Shown here: piece after piece, positions 8,769 through 17,564 of the stretch | Layout: the number at the start of each line of letters is the position of its first letter | How positions within the stretch are numbered: position 1 is the stretch's first letter | Assembly: GCA_021813145.1 (NCBI GenBank) | Contig: JAKALS010000001.1 | Coordinates: 67,515 to 131,514, forward strand | DNA: 64,000 nt | Direction: 5' to 3' | From: a bacterium | Lineage (GTDB): Bacteria > Patescibacteriota > Microgenomatia > Levybacterales > UBA12049 | Made by a program: the position numbers and the translations under genes | The notes under the pieces: generated by a model | The model's input: only the letters and a program-made list of their open reading frames with translations | The model's database searches: none | What the model was told of the DNA's origin: nothing

Positions 8769-10157
8769 ATGGAAGATAAAAGTTTTAAAGGGATTCTTCA
8801 GGATATAATGCTTCGGGAAGTGCCTTCTTATGCAAATAAGTTCTTTTACTCTCTCGGTTTTTTATCAATGACCGCTTTTATGATTCTTATTTTAAGCGGT
8901 TTTGTCCTTGTCTTTAACGGCCCCACGTGGTGGCTTACCGATCCTTTCGGTGTTTACGTAAGAAGCGTTCATCTTTGGGCTACCCAAGCTTTCATATTTT
9001 TTATTTTCTTGCATCTTTTGATAGTTTTTTTGACCTCCGGCTTCAGGCTCGAACGAAGGTTAACCTGGGTTTTTGGATCACTTATGCTTTTTGCGGCTCT
9101 TTTTGAAGCGGAATTCGGGTACGGTCTACGTGGGGACTTTTCTACGCAATGGAGAACCTTGCAGGCGGCAGACTTATTCAACGGTAGCGGACTCGGACTT
9201 TTTATAAATAACCTTAACTATTCTCAAATATATGGAATTCATATAGTGCTTATTCCTCTTATAATCCTAAGCCTTTTGTTTTTCCACTATCTCTTAATAA
9301 GAGTAAGGGGGATAGCAAAACCTTTTAAGAAAGGCACTCAGTATAAGATGGTCAAAGCAAATCATGAGGTTCTTTTTTTAAGAGGTCTTGTTCTGGTAGG
9401 AGCAATTGTTGTTCTTGCATATTTTTTCAGGTCGCCTTTAATACTACCAACTACCATTAAGGATGTAGCCTCCCAGGACCCGCAGCTTATGGCGCAGACA
9501 CTTTTTGAGGAGTATAACCATACATCCGATACCGCGACTTATCTTGACAGCATAGACCCATATAAGTTTGATACAAGAAAAGTCTACATAGACTATCCTT
9601 ATTTACAATACATAAAACTTACGGGAGGAGCCGATATGCTTGGAATGTTCAATTCGGAAAATATTTCTTTGCAAAACAAAAATATAAAAGAAGCGGAAAA
9701 CTATTTTAAGAACGGGGGAACACCCGATACTTCGGTAAATTTTAAAAATCCGTTAATTTCCGTAATAAGTTCGCTTATTCTAATGGGGAAAAGCGGACTT
9801 TATGAAGATGCCCTAAGAGGGGAAGTGCAAGGAGGATTAAACCCGACTTATGTGACAAGATTTATTTCGGATACCGGAGTTCTGGAGGCAAAGGCCGAAA
9901 GACTTAAAATAACAACAGATCAGTACGGAATGCTTAAAGAAGAAACCGGAATCCTACCGCCTGGCGCCTGGTGGCTCGCGCCGGTAGGCATTTTGGATAA
10001 TACGCTTTTAGCAAATGATCCCAATCAGGACAGGGATGGGGCAGAAATACTCGGATTTTTGCTTCTGCTTTTGATAGCTTTTCCTTACATACCGTATCTG
10101 AACAGGATTCCGGAAAAGTTATCCATAGACAAATTCCTCTGGAAAAGTAAGGTTTAG
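8769..10157 (+). CDS. Cytochrome b/b6 homolog (cytochrome b N-terminal heme-binding domain plus C-terminal domain with inserted soluble segment)
   Basis: VRSVHLWATQAFIFFIFLHLLIVFLTSGF aligns with cytochrome b6 [29 protein letters not shown]. His pairs are spaced 14 and 15 residues apart, as in b6 (H86/H100 and H187/H202). C-terminal ...PPGAWWLAP...IPYLNRIPEK resembles the PEWY/subunit IV region. Confidence 0.7.
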   Translation: MEDKSFKGILQDIMLREVPSYANKFFYSLGFLSMTAFMILILSGFVLVFNGPTWWLTDPFGVYVRSVHLWATQAFIFFIFLHLLIVFLTSGFRLERRLTWVFGSLMLFAALFEAEFGYGLRGDFSTQWRTLQAADLFNGSGLGLFINNLNYSQIYGIHIVLIPLIILSLLFFHYLLIRVRGIAKPFKKGTQYKMVKANHEVLFLRGLVLVGAIVVLAYFFRSPLILPTTIKDVASQDPQLMAQTLFEEYNHTSDTATYLDSIDPYKFDTRKVYIDYPYLQYIKLTGGADMLGMFNSENISLQNKNIKEAENYFKNGGTPDTSVNFKNPLISVISSLILMGKSGLYEDALRGEVQGGLNPTYVTRFISDTGVLEAKAERLKITTDQYGMLKEETGILPPGAWWLAPVGILDNTLLANDPNQDRDGAEILGFLLLLLIAFPYIPYLNRIPEKLSIDKFLWKSKV

Positions 10158-10331
10158 TGCCTTACAGCTTTCTTACCCAGTTTTGATTAAAATTTAATCC
10201 CCTAAACATACAATTTTCTAACTTAATGTTCTCTTCTAAATTTTCCGTTTGTTCTTAAGTACTATTCGTCGAGTCAGACTCGATTTGTACACGGCTTTCG
10301 GGAAGGGCGTTAAGAATTTCTAAAGGGGGAG

Positions 10332-10625
10332 GTGAAAAATATGTATATGCCAGACGATAAAATCGATGATATGGGAAATGATGACATGGACATGGATGTT
10401 GATGAAGGACAGCAACAGGCACAGGGAGGAACCCAAAAAGTGAATCCTGTCCAGGTTCAGAAGTTTCTCAAAGGGGTAGATTATCCTGCCGATAAAAATG
10501 AGCTGATACAGGCAGCCAAGGACGAAGGAGCCGACGAAAATGTAATTTCTATGCTCGAATCTTTGCCAGAGGAGCAGTATCAGACTCCGGCAGATTTAAG
10601 CCAAGCAATTGGAGCCGAAGAATAA
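10332..10625 (+). CDS. DUF2795 family small acidic protein
   Basis: VQKFLKGVDYPADKNELIQAAKDEGA...LESLP matches the DUF2795 signature. Strong SD GGGGGAGGTGA. Confidence 0.6.
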   Translation: MKNMYMPDDKIDDMGNDDMDMDVDEGQQQAQGGTQKVNPVQVQKFLKGVDYPADKNELIQAAKDEGADENVISMLESLPEEQYQTPADLSQAIGAEE

Positions 10626-10669
10626 TCTTCCTCCTGTTGGTGCGAAAAATCTATCCTCAAAACTAAATT

Positions 10670-10713
10670 AGGTTGTCGAAAAACCGCCCGGTTATTGACA
10701 ACCTGATTTTTTT
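10670..10713 (+). terminator. Rho-independent terminator
   Basis: aggttgtc...gacaacct stem with T8 tract. Confidence 0.55.
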
Positions 10714-10757
10714 GTATTTACACTATATTTAGCTCGTTTTCCAAAGGGGGTGATTTA

Positions 10758-10988
10758 ATGAAATTCTTCACAAAACAGAATTCAATTCTCGTAATAATTA
10801 TCATTTCCATAGCAGGGATACTTTTTTCGGGTTATTTATCCTACAGGGAATTATTTACATACAGTTGTAATATCGGTTTTGTTGCATGCGGCGCAAAAGT
10901 CGGAACATTGCCTGCCTGTGTTTACGGTCTTTTAATGTACTCTTTGGTATTTATAGTTTCGTTTTTCGGATATAAGAGTAAAAAATAA
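10758..10988 (+). CDS. Small two-TM membrane protein with Cys-containing loop (VKOR/DsbB-like N-terminal fragment?)
   Basis: 76 aa. SGYLSY...C..C...TLPACVYGLLMY resembles the first TM and Cys loop of the VKOR family but lacks the CXXC helix. SD GGGGGTGA. Confidence 0.35.
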   Translation: MKFFTKQNSILVIIIISIAGILFSGYLSYRELFTYSCNIGFVACGAKVGTLPACVYGLLMYSLVFIVSFFGYKSKK

Positions 10989-10990
10989 AA

Positions 10991-11016
10991 AAGCCCCGAA
11001 TAAATCGGGGCTTTAA
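10991..11016. terminator. Bidirectional rho-independent terminator
   Basis: agccccga-ataaa-tcggggct perfect 8-bp stem between convergent genes, flanked by A and T tracts. Confidence 0.65.
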
Positions 11017-11042
11017 ATATTGGATCATAGCTTTAGGAGATT

Positions 11043-11465
11043 CTATCTCTCGATTAAATCCCCTAAATTTTCATGCAATTGAGTCTGGGTATGCAATTGC
11101 AGGTTGGTTTGGGTTTGTGTTTTTAATCTGTCTTGATCGCCATCTTGGTCCTGCTCTTGTTCCCTTGCCCTTACCGAAAATCTGTTAGTATTATTAACCC
11201 CTACGCTTAAATTAACCTGAGAACTGGTAGTTGCCTGGGGCGTAGCTATCGGTTCTTCGGTAGGCGTCGCTGAAGGCGAGGCAGAAGTTTCAGCTCCCTG
11301 TTTTGCGATATTTGCTTCAATATGCGCTTTTGCAATTGCGTTTTTTACCACTTCTTCCGCTCTTTGCAACCCTGTCGTATGGGAAACATTTGCATTTCCT
11401 CCTATGTTAAAAAATGCCGCTCCTCCGAGAATTGCTGTAGCCGCAAGTGCTATTATAAGTTGCAT
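11043..11465 (-). CDS. Secreted/membrane-anchored hypothetical protein
   Basis: N-terminal hydrophobic segment MQLIIALAATAILGGAAFF, then a low-complexity T/Q-rich region. Confidence 0.45.
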   Translation of the reverse strand: MQLIIALAATAILGGAAFFNIGGNANVSHTTGLQRAEEVVKNAIAKAHIEANIAKQGAETSASPSATPTEEPIATPQATTSSQVNLSVGVNNTNRFSVRAREQEQDQDGDQDRLKTQTQTNLQLHTQTQLHENLGDLIER

Positions 11466-11524
11466 ATTTTTTCACCCCCTTCTTTTATAAATATATAAAC
11501 GGAATATGCTAAAAAACGTAACAC

Positions 11525-12292
11525 TTACTCTTCTTTGGTGAAGTTGTGGAAAGCGTTTTCTATGCCTTTTTGTATATTATCTAAAGGGCTTGTCTCCCTA
11601 TTCAGGTTTTGATTTTGTCCTTGGTTTGACTGATTTATATTTTGGCCGACGGGTGTCGGGGAAGGGGAAGGACTTATTTCGTCAAAGGAAGGACTCTGTG
11701 TTCTTAATTCGTAGTTATTATTTTCTTCATGGTTTGTACTCTCTTTCTTTTCCGTCCTTTTTTCCTGATTATTAATTATTGCATTAAGTTTTTCTTCTTG
11801 GGTTTGAAGTTGCGTGTTTATCGTGCTATTTTCCGGAACTACTGTTTTTGCCCGGTTTATACTTTCCTGAAATCTTTGAATGCCCTGTTTTATCTGTTGA
11901 CTGTTTCCTGTTTTTTGTTCTTTAGAAAGCTCCTGATCCCTTCTTTGTACGATTCCAATAGCTACCTGTGCTTTTAATGGAGCAGGAGAGAGATTAAGAG
12001 CAATATTTTCACTTGCAATTTTTATCGGATAGAGGCTGCTTTTAGGGCTTGCAGATTGAGCAGCAAGTATTGTTCCGGAAGAAAGTACTAAAAGTATCAG
12101 AACAAGAGTGAGCGCCAGGCGGAAAGAAAAAAAACTTCTTCTTTCGGAAACAGACGAAGTATCGGGTGAAACGGAATTCATTATTCTTATTTTTGCATTT
12201 TGCCTGAATTCCATAGAGGGAACAGCCTCTTCTTTTGTTTTTAAGGATCTCAGTAATGATTCCAATTGATCAAATTCAGTTTCTTTTTTCAT
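11525..12292 (-). CDS. Putative anti-sigma factor (single-pass membrane protein)
   Basis: Overlaps the stop of the upstream ECF sigma gene. Cytoplasmic N-domain, one TM (LALTLVLILLVLSSG) and an extracytoplasmic low-complexity domain. Confidence 0.5.
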   Translation of the reverse strand: MKKETEFDQLESLLRSLKTKEEAVPSMEFRQNAKIRIMNSVSPDTSSVSERRSFFSFRLALTLVLILLVLSSGTILAAQSASPKSSLYPIKIASENIALNLSPAPLKAQVAIGIVQRRDQELSKEQKTGNSQQIKQGIQRFQESINRAKTVVPENSTINTQLQTQEEKLNAIINNQEKRTEKKESTNHEENNNYELRTQSPSFDEISPSPSPTPVGQNINQSNQGQNQNLNRETSPLDNIQKGIENAFHNFTKEE

Positions 12293-12833
12293 ATATTATT
12301 TTTTTTAATGCCTTGAGAGCCCTTGACTGCAAAACCCTTATATGGTCGACAGGCTTTTCAAGAATTTGGCTTATTTCTATATTATCCTTTTCTTCTATAA
12401 ATTTAAGAATAATTATTTCTCTGTAACTTTCTGGCAGTTGCTTCAGTTTTTCGAATATTATTTCTTTAAGCATTTTGCTCTCAACAATATTCTCCGGAGA
12501 ATCTTCGCTGTCCGGCACGGTTTCTTTTATTTCTTCATTCAGGCTTATCTTTATTTTTTTTGTTCTGTAATAATCTATCACGGTATTTCTTGCTATCCGA
12601 AACGCAAAAGCTTCGAAAGGCAGCCCTTTATCCTTATACGACGGCATGCTTTCCCAAATTTTTATAAACACCGTTTCGGTCAGATCTTCCGCGTCTTCCT
12701 TGTTCCCTGTTTTAAAGTAAATAAAACGGTAAATCTTGTCCAAAAGCAGGTCATAAATTTCCCCGAAAGCTTTTGCATCTCCTTTTTGCACTTTTTTTAC
12801 CAGTGCCTGCATCTTTTTGGTATTTCCATTCAT
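12276..12833 (-). CDS. ECF-type RNA polymerase sigma factor (sigma-70 regions 2 and 4)
   Basis: FGEIYDLLLDKIYRFIYFKTGNKEDAEDLTETVFIKIW (region 2) and the C-terminal HTH ...DNIEISQILEKPVDHIRVLQSRALKAL (region 4). Confidence 0.8.
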   Translation of the reverse strand: MNGNTKKMQALVKKVQKGDAKAFGEIYDLLLDKIYRFIYFKTGNKEDAEDLTETVFIKIWESMPSYKDKGLPFEAFAFRIARNTVIDYYRTKKIKISLNEEIKETVPDSEDSPENIVESKMLKEIIFEKLKQLPESYREIIILKFIEEKDNIEISQILEKPVDHIRVLQSRALKALKKIIYEKRN

Positions 12834-12920
12834 ATTTATTAACGAATAAACAGATAAAATGAAACAGCCCCTACTATAGCACTTTTACGCCTTTCTTACC
12901 TTCTTCTAATTCAAATTTTA

Positions 12921-13601
12921 ATGCATTTTAATAAGATTGGCATTATGGCAAAAGAAAATGAAAACGGAAGAGCATTTCCTATAAAAACCGAGCGCAAAAG
13001 AAAGAGCGAAAAAAGAAAAAGCAGGCATTTTCCAAGCGTAGATTTGAAAATAGAATCCGGATCCGAAGTAGAACTTTCAAGACCCGAAGAGCACAATCTG
13101 GTATTTTTGGCAAGAAATTATGCGAGAGTTTACGATGCTATTTCCGGTCTTGCCAAAACTCAGGAGGAGACATCGGATGAGATAAAAGATATCGCCAGAG
13201 AGCACGAAGGGCTGATGGGCGTAGTCGAGCCGGGAGTGTATGATATTTCGATTTTTCCTTCAGAAGCCGTTTCATATAGCAGACAGGGTTTAAGAGAAGG
13301 ATTAGGTACTTATTATGAAGAGGTAGTCAGAGACGAAGTCTTGTTAACCTTTACCGTTCCCAGAGGTTTTGATCCGCAGCTGGCAAGGGATGCTCTTGGT
13401 CGGCTTCTTTGCGCAAAAGGCAGAATTCCCAAAAGCGAAATAGAAAGATATCTGCAAATGAAGATTAATTCTTACGTTGATGAAATAAAGCTTGAGGAAT
13501 TGCTGAAAAGGGGAGCGGTAACTCTTGCCGATGGGACAAAAAAAGTAGAGACAGCTTGGACGGTAAGGCCGAATAAAGTTCCGCCAAAAGAGGCGGACTA
13601 A
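12921..13601 (+). CDS. Hypothetical protein
   Basis: 226-aa ORF. Start may be the internal MAKENENG. No recognised domain. Confidence 0.4.
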   Translation: MHFNKIGIMAKENENGRAFPIKTERKRKSEKRKSRHFPSVDLKIESGSEVELSRPEEHNLVFLARNYARVYDAISGLAKTQEETSDEIKDIAREHEGLMGVVEPGVYDISIFPSEAVSYSRQGLREGLGTYYEEVVRDEVLLTFTVPRGFDPQLARDALGRLLCAKGRIPKSEIERYLQMKINSYVDEIKLEELLKRGAVTLADGTKKVETAWTVRPNKVPPKEAD

Positions 13602-13936
13602 ATTTCGGGGGGAACAAGGGCGCTTCTTACCATATTAAGAATCGGATTCATTTCTTTTAACTGATTCTCGTGTTCGTCATTAATATATTCCTGATTCCAT
13701 CTGTTTAGTCTCCTGTAACCTTTTCCGGTTACAACATTAAACCATGCTTCGTAATATTCTCTGATAGCCTGCCTGTATTTTTTGAAGTTATTTTTTCTTC
13801 TTTCCCTGTTTTCGGTTCTAGTTACTATAATACCTTCCATAGTTTCCCAACTGGGTGTTGCATGGAAAGTTTTTCTGTAATCCTCAAGCTGAGCTCCGGA
13901 GGGTCTTTGGTAAAGATTTTGAATTTCTACTGTCAT
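13598..13936 (-). CDS. Hypothetical protein
   Basis: 112-aa ORF. Convergent 4-nt overlap with the preceding gene. Confidence 0.4.
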   Translation of the reverse strand: MTVEIQNLYQRPSGAQLEDYRKTFHATPSWETMEGIIVTRTENRERRKNNFKKYRQAIREYYEAWFNVVTGKGYRRLNRWNQEYINDEHENQLKEMNPILNMVRSALVPPEI

Positions 13937-14017
13937 ATTACGGCAGGATAGACGGAATATAGCACAAAGAATATAGGATTACAATAATTTCCATTACTTT
14001 GACAGAGGTTCTAAACT

Positions 14018-14275
14018 TTGTTAGTATGCGGGTATATGGAAGAAACAGGCGAGCTTATAGAGGTGGATTTTAAAAACAGGAAAAGAGTGGAAACGGGAAG
14101 AAGGGCCATGGATAAATTATCACAGGCACTTGCCGGATTTGGACTTTCTGCCGGGGAAGATAATGTTATTCACTCACGAAAACTTCATTCGAGACTTCAC
14201 AGAAGCGTAGTAGAGCAAAATAGGGAGGGACACCCCGACGATTCAAAAGTTGCCCAATTTAAAAGGAATAAATAA
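14018..14275 (+). CDS. Small hypothetical protein, translationally coupled to the downstream nuclease
   Basis: Stop TAA overlaps the ATG of the next gene (TAATG). 85 aa, or 79 aa from MEETGE. Confidence 0.3.
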   Translation: MLVCGYMEETGELIEVDFKNRKRVETGRRAMDKLSQALAGFGLSAGEDNVIHSRKLHSRLHRSVVEQNREGHPDDSKVAQFKRNK

Positions 14276-15030
14276 TGTCAGAATATTACAATCCTAAAAG
14301 AAAAAGTAATTTATACGACCCTAACTCCACGATTCCTTTCAGGCTTAGCCGTAGTAAAATCGACTTATTTTTAAATTGTCCGCGGTGTTTTTATCTGGAC
14401 AGAAAACTCGGAATAGCACAACCTCCCGGTTATCCCTTTTCCCTAAACAGTGCCGTAGATAAACTCTTAAAAAAAGAATTCGATATTTTAAGGGAAAAAG
14501 GTGAAGCGCATCCTTTGATGAAGCAGTTCGGAGTAAATGCAATTCCTCTAAAACACGAAAAACTTAACCGCTGGAGAGATGCCCTTTCGGGAGGAATAAC
14601 TTTTCTGCACCGAAAAACAAATATTCTTATAACAGGAGGGATAGACGATTTATGGATTAATCCGGAAGGAGAATATATAATCGTCGATTATAAAGCGACT
14701 TCAAAAGACAGCGAAGTAGGCATAGACGCCGACTGGCAGATAGGATACAAAAGGCAGATGGAAATATACCAGTGGCTTTTCAGGCAAAACGGGTTTAAGG
14801 TCTCGGATACCGGATATTTTGTATACTGTAACGGAAAAACCGACGGAGAAAAGTTTGACGCAAAACTTGAGTTCGACATTAAAATAATACCTTACAAAGG
14901 TGATGTTTCGTGGGTAGAAAAAGCCGTACAAGAAGCGGCAGCATGTTTAAGAAGCGACAAACTTCCTCCCTCCGGTATAGACTGTGATTTCTGCAAATAC
15001 CGCCAAGCCCTTAAATCTGTAGAAGAATAA
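14275..15030 (+). CDS. PD-(D/E)XK nuclease, Cas4/RecB-like, with predicted Fe-S cluster Cys residues
   Basis: N-terminal CPRC and C-terminal C-x13-C-x2-C, as in Cas4/AddB-type clusters. D...D-Y-K (IIVDYKA) and QMEIYQW (Q-x3-Y) RecB-family motifs. Confidence 0.7.
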   Translation: MSEYYNPKRKSNLYDPNSTIPFRLSRSKIDLFLNCPRCFYLDRKLGIAQPPGYPFSLNSAVDKLLKKEFDILREKGEAHPLMKQFGVNAIPLKHEKLNRWRDALSGGITFLHRKTNILITGGIDDLWINPEGEYIIVDYKATSKDSEVGIDADWQIGYKRQMEIYQWLFRQNGFKVSDTGYFVYCNGKTDGEKFDAKLEFDIKIIPYKGDVSWVEKAVQEAAACLRSDKLPPSGIDCDFCKYRQALKSVEE

Positions 15031-15031
15031 T

Positions 15032-15427
15032 ATGAGGACTTTTGTACAGGAGTACGAGATCCATTCGTCGATAGAGAAAGTCTGGAGTGCCTTAACAGAT
15101 TCATCACAAATGGAAAATTTAGCAGGTCCTGCAAGAATGGATACAAGTGAAGGCATGAAATTCTCTTTGTGGGGCGGCAAGGTTTATGGTACGAATATAG
15201 AAGTTGTCCCTTATCAGAGGCTTGTTCAAGAGTGGTATGCCGGGGACTGGAAGGAACCGTCTATCTTGACAATAAAATTACACAAGGGAATAAATACGGT
15301 TAGAGTAGAAATTCTGCATGAAAACCTGCCGGACAACGAATACGAGAAAACCGAAAACCTCTGGAGAGAATTTATAAAGAATCTTCAAGCTCTTTTCCAA
15401 CTTTTTGAGGTCTTTTATTACGATTAA
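15032..15427 (+). CDS. SRPBCC / AHSA1-like (activator of Hsp90 ATPase homolog) domain protein
   Basis: 131 aa. EIHSSIEKVWSALTD...KFSLWGGKVYGTNIEVVPYQRLVQEW pattern typical of the AHSA1/polyketide-cyclase-like family. Confidence 0.6.
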   Translation: MRTFVQEYEIHSSIEKVWSALTDSSQMENLAGPARMDTSEGMKFSLWGGKVYGTNIEVVPYQRLVQEWYAGDWKEPSILTIKLHKGINTVRVEILHENLPDNEYEKTENLWREFIKNLQALFQLFEVFYYD

Positions 15428-16027
15428 ATGACCGTTTTGAACGATCAATCCTTTTCCCATCAGAAAAAGAAGTTCTCTTGTAGTTGTTTCCCTTGTCAGA
15501 TTTATCGTATTGGCTATATCTTTATGCGTAACGGGAATATCGAGGATTACTCTTCCATTATATTCTTTTCCGAATCTTCTCGAAAGTGATATCAGCCTTG
15601 ATACTACCTTCGTGTAGGCTTTTGTATATTCTAGGTCGTCGATTCTATTTGCATAAACCTTGAGAATATTTGACATTCTGTCTATTATTTCAAGAAGGTG
15701 CCTGCTGTCACTTTTTATAAAAGTCATGAATTCTTCTCTTCCGGCTTTTTTGATTACAACGTCTTCCATTGCCTCGAAAAAAATGTCCCGTGTTTCTCTT
15801 TTAAAAAATGAAACAAGCGGGAACATCTCGGCCGGACCGAAAAAGATATGGGTCATTTCATTTCCCGATTCTGTCAGGGAATATACTTTTACATGGCCTT
15901 TTTCGATGTAGTAAATGTCACGGGGAATTTCTTCGTCGGGATGAAGAATAATCTGTCCCTTTTTATAATTTTTCGCCTTGAATGCCGAAAAATATTTTTC
16001 GATGCCGTCCGAGGTTAAATCACTCAT
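15278..16027 (-). CDS. Crp/Fnr family transcriptional regulator
   Basis: cNMP-binding beta-roll (GQIILHPDEEIPRDIYYIEKGHVKVY) followed by HTH (DIANTINLTRETTTRELLFLMGKGLI). The 3' 150 nt overlaps the convergent SRPBCC gene. Confidence 0.75.
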   Translation of the reverse strand: MSDLTSDGIEKYFSAFKAKNYKKGQIILHPDEEIPRDIYYIEKGHVKVYSLTESGNEMTHIFFGPAEMFPLVSFFKRETRDIFFEAMEDVVIKKAGREEFMTFIKSDSRHLLEIIDRMSNILKVYANRIDDLEYTKAYTKVVSRLISLSRRFGKEYNGRVILDIPVTHKDIANTINLTRETTTRELLFLMGKGLIVQNGHLIVIKDLKKLEKSLKILYKFSPEVFGFLVFVVRQVFMQNFYSNRIYSLV

Positions 16028-16097
16028 TAAACCTCACTTTTTGCGAATATCTTATAGCCACATTTATTATATCATAGCAAATCAATGGGGATTTTTC

Positions 16098-16114
16098 TCA
16101 CAGACTTTCTGTGA
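16098..16114. promoter_or_regulatory. Perfect inverted repeat TCACAG-N5-CTGTGA in the divergent promoter region of the Crp-family gene
   Basis: 6-bp arms and 5-bp spacer, about 70 bp upstream of the regulator start codon. Candidate operator. Confidence 0.3.
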
Positions 16115-16208
16115 CTGTTCATACTGAGACTTATAGCGTTGTTCTGCTAAAAAGTACACACTTTCTTTCAGCTGAGTTCTACATTATTAACCTGAAACAG
16201 GGAAGGAG

Positions 16209-16736
16209 GTGAATAAAATGTTTAAGAAACTAATAATAACAAGCGTGGCGCTTAGCCTTTTGCTTACATCTGCAGGGGGAGCCTTTGCTCATGGTAGGGA
16301 CCACAATACTGGTTCTATGGCATTTCTGGATATTTCAAATTCCGGATGCATAACGAATAATGTAAACACCAGTTCAAATACCGGTGTTAATAGTTTAACT
16401 ACTGTGGGCATGATGGGTTCCGGAATCATAAATAGTTCCATGAATACAGGTGCGGCAAACTCAAGCGCCAATGTCCAGAGCCAGCTTAACTGGAACCAGG
16501 CAAACGGAAGCTTAAGCCTTAGCGGTGTAAAAATGTTGGATTTTGACCTGAACAATCACGGTCATATCGCTAACAACATAAATACATCTGCTTATACCGG
16601 CAATAACGCAATGACGGCAAGCGGAGGAATAAGCTTTATATATCAGTCTCCTATGGGTACCGGAGTTGCAAATTCCAGTTCGGTTGTAAGCAGCATTGTA
16701 AACACTAACATGTTCAATGTTGATACCAGTAAATAA
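16209..16736 (+). CDS. Secreted repeat protein (N/S/T-rich)
   Basis: Signal peptide MFKKLIITSVALSLLLTSAGGAFA. Internal NN(V/I)NTS..TG.N repeats. SD GGAAGGAGGTGA. Confidence 0.5.
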   Translation: MNKMFKKLIITSVALSLLLTSAGGAFAHGRDHNTGSMAFLDISNSGCITNNVNTSSNTGVNSLTTVGMMGSGIINSSMNTGAANSSANVQSQLNWNQANGSLSLSGVKMLDFDLNNHGHIANNINTSAYTGNNAMTASGGISFIYQSPMGTGVANSSSVVSSIVNTNMFNVDTSK

Positions 16737-16762
16737 CGTTGCTGGATGCTCGTTCCTTCAAG

Positions 16763-16790
16763 AGGAGAGAGAAATCTCTCTTCTTGTTTG
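16763..16790 (+). terminator. Hairpin terminator
   Basis: aggagagag-aaat-ctctcttct stem-loop after the stop codon, with a weak T tract. Confidence 0.4.
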
Positions 16791-17138
16791 GCGTTTAAGT
16801 GTATCTTTCCTTCTCATTTATGCCTAAAATCACTGCAGGCTAAATTTCTTTCTGATAATTTAATGGCCCGCATGGGAAAGGGGGGATGAATATGAAAAGA
16901 CTTACCCTTTCGTTGTTTGGTAAATTTAACCCTCAGGATATCTTTGTTGCTTTGCTTAAATATTCAAATAAGGAGAAGATAGTTGAAATCAAAAGAAACT
17001 TAAGAAAGGAGGCTTCCAAAAATGCGGGATATGTGGCATTCGGTTAAAGAAATGTTTAAAGATACCGGATGGTTCTTCAGATCCTGGTTTTTAATCTGGA
17101 GAGCGCCGGTAGGGTAATGGGGAAGGAGGTGAGTGATA

Positions 17139-17461
17139 TGTATTGGGTAACAGGAATTTTAGGATTGCTCTTGGTCTTTGCGCCGTTTTTAGTAGACTAT
17201 TCGCAGAATCCGGCCGCGTTGTTTATAAGTCTTTCGGCAGGAGTTTTGGTAATTGCGGTATCGGCGCTTGAAGCCTTAAGGCACGAAAGCGAAAGATGGG
17301 AATATTGGGTCGCATTAATTCTCGGCGTGGGAGTACTTTTGTCTCCTTTTGTATTCGGGTTTGGTGCGCATTTTGAAGCCGTCTGGAGCACGTTTATTCT
17401 CGGTGCATTAATAGCAATAAGCGCAGGAGCAATACTGTATATAAATTCATACAGAAGATAG
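17139..17461 (+). CDS. SPW-repeat membrane protein
   Basis: Two hydrophobic repeats with FAPF/LSPF motifs. Start chosen at the ATG after SD GGAAGGAGGTGAGTGAT (the ORF track extends to 17069). Confidence 0.5.
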
Positions 17462-17485
17462 GTGGGAATATGAGGCATGTGACAC

Positions 17486-17517
17486 AACACCGCCCTTTGG
17501 GGGCGGTGTTTTTTTGC
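17486..17517 (+). terminator. Rho-independent terminator
   Basis: acaccgccc-tttgg-gggcggtgt stem followed by T7. Confidence 0.7.
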
Positions 17518-17564
17518 TTTCCTTCCGTAGCCTTGGCGAAACAGGGAGAATTTGACTAAACCTT

